Below, in pieces: positions 33,496-34,485 of a DNA stretch of 34,485 nucleotides (position 1 is the stretch's first letter; each line of letters opens with the position of its first letter). The stretch lies in the IMG/VR virus record IMGVR_UViG_2531839587_000015, one strand, 5' to 3'. The stretch comes from a virus. Taxonomy: Duplodnaviria; Heunggongvirae; Uroviricota; Caudoviricetes. A model generated the notes under the pieces. The model worked only from the letters and a program-made list of their open reading frames with translations. It searched no databases and was not told where the DNA came from. A program made the translations under genes and the position numbers.

Positions 33496-34485
33496 ATGGC
33501 AATTAAGGCACTCGATGGTGGACGGTATAAAGTGGATGTTAGACCGCGTGGCCGAAGTGGACGTCGGATTCAGCGGATTTTTAAGAAAAAGGCAGATGCA
33601 GTGGCCTTTGAGCGCTATGTTCTCAGCCACATGCACGATAAGGAATGGCTTGAAAAGCCAACAGAGCAACGTCATCTCTCAGATCTGCTTCCATTATGGT
33701 GGGAATTGGGTGGACGCAATAAGCCATATGCTAACGGCGTTCTAACCAGATTGAAAAAAATCATCAAAGAAATGAATGATCCAAGGGTTAGCCAGATTAA
33801 TGCTCGTTTCATGGCAGCTTATCGAAGCTCCCGTTTATCCTTAGGAGTAAAAGAATCTACTGTTCGGCGTGATGAGTCGGATCTCGGAGGAATGTTTACA
33901 CTCCTGGCAAATGCCGGGGAATTTCACGGAGAAAATCCACTCCGCGCCCTCCCCTCTTTGAAACGAAAATCACCCGAAATGACGTACCTCACCACGGAAG
34001 AAATCGCCAAATTGCTGGATGCAGTAAGCGGTGATGCCCGGCGGATTACGCTACTTTGTCTCAGTACTGGGGCGAGATGGGGAGAAGCGAAAAATCTGCG
34101 CGCGGAACACATCATCAATAATCGCGTGACGTTTAACAAAACTAAAAACGGAAAAGTTCGAATTATTCCTGTCTCTGATGAGGTTGTTAGTGAGATCAAA
34201 ACAAAGAAATCCGGCCTTTTGTTTGACGTCAATTATGAGGAATATCGCAAGGTGCTTCGCAGTGTTAAGCCAGACCTACCAAAGGGACAGGCTGTACATG
34301 TTCTACGCCATACCTTTGCAGCTCACTTTATGATTAATGGAGGAAATATACTTACGCTCCAGCGAATTATGGGGCACGCCACGATTCAGCAAACTATGAC
34401 CTATGCGCACCTCGCTCCTGATTTCCTCCAGGATGCAATTTCACTTAATCCGTTAAAAGGAGGCATCCACATTTCATCCACATAA
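33496..34485 (+). CDS. int: P2-type tyrosine integrase
   Basis: MAIKALDGGRYKVDVRP... N-terminus like P2 Int. C-terminal catalytic region contains the R...HxxR...Y tyrosine recombinase pattern (..VLRHTFA.H..). Track ORF begins at 33463. Confidence 0.9.
   Translation: MAIKALDGGRYKVDVRPRGRSGRRIQRIFKKKADAVAFERYVLSHMHDKEWLEKPTEQRHLSDLLPLWWELGGRNKPYANGVLTRLKKIIKEMNDPRVSQINARFMAAYRSSRLSLGVKESTVRRDESDLGGMFTLLANAGEFHGENPLRALPSLKRKSPEMTYLTTEEIAKLLDAVSGDARRITLLCLSTGARWGEAKNLRAEHIINNRVTFNKTKNGKVRIIPVSDEVVSEIKTKKSGLLFDVNYEEYRKVLRSVKPDLPKGQAVHVLRHTFAAHFMINGGNILTLQRIMGHATIQQTMTYAHLAPDFLQDAISLNPLKGGIHISST

Noticed and set aside
1-34485. CRISPR arrays, IS elements or transposase genes
   Set aside because: No regularly spaced direct repeats and no transposase-like ORFs were found. 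The repeats present are hok leaders, tail fiber motifs and the parM-upstream palindromes.

Overview
The window is dominated by a roughly 33 kb P2-like (Peduovirus-type) myovirus prophage in an enterobacterial chromosome. It runs from ogr/D at about 1.4 kb to the C repressor and tyrosine integrase at the right edge; the integrase stop codon is the last base of the window, so the int-side attachment site is not visible. The left flank holds the 3' portion of tRNA-Leu(UAA) (leuZ-like), two tandem hok/sok-type type I toxin loci (one with an internal deletion, one with an intact 46-aa Hok-family ORF) and a small AT-rich gene for a secreted Cys-rich protein. The prophage carries an almost complete P2 gene set, but it appears structurally altered: the FI-FII-E/E'-T-U tail block is inverted relative to D, ogr and the V-G operon, D has an in-frame TGA, the FI 5' end is broken by several frameshifts and stops, the capsid gene N is frameshifted, and the lysC reading frame runs into R. 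Accessory cargo stands out against this: a plasmid-type ParM/ParR partition cassette between A and the cos/Q end, a membrane-anchored moron between ogr and D, an SPFH lipoprotein with a small membrane partner, and an AT-rich module with a 37-aa membrane peptide. All identifications rest on reading the translations and recalling protein families; no database search was run, and the P2 reference sequences used for comparison are quoted from memory.
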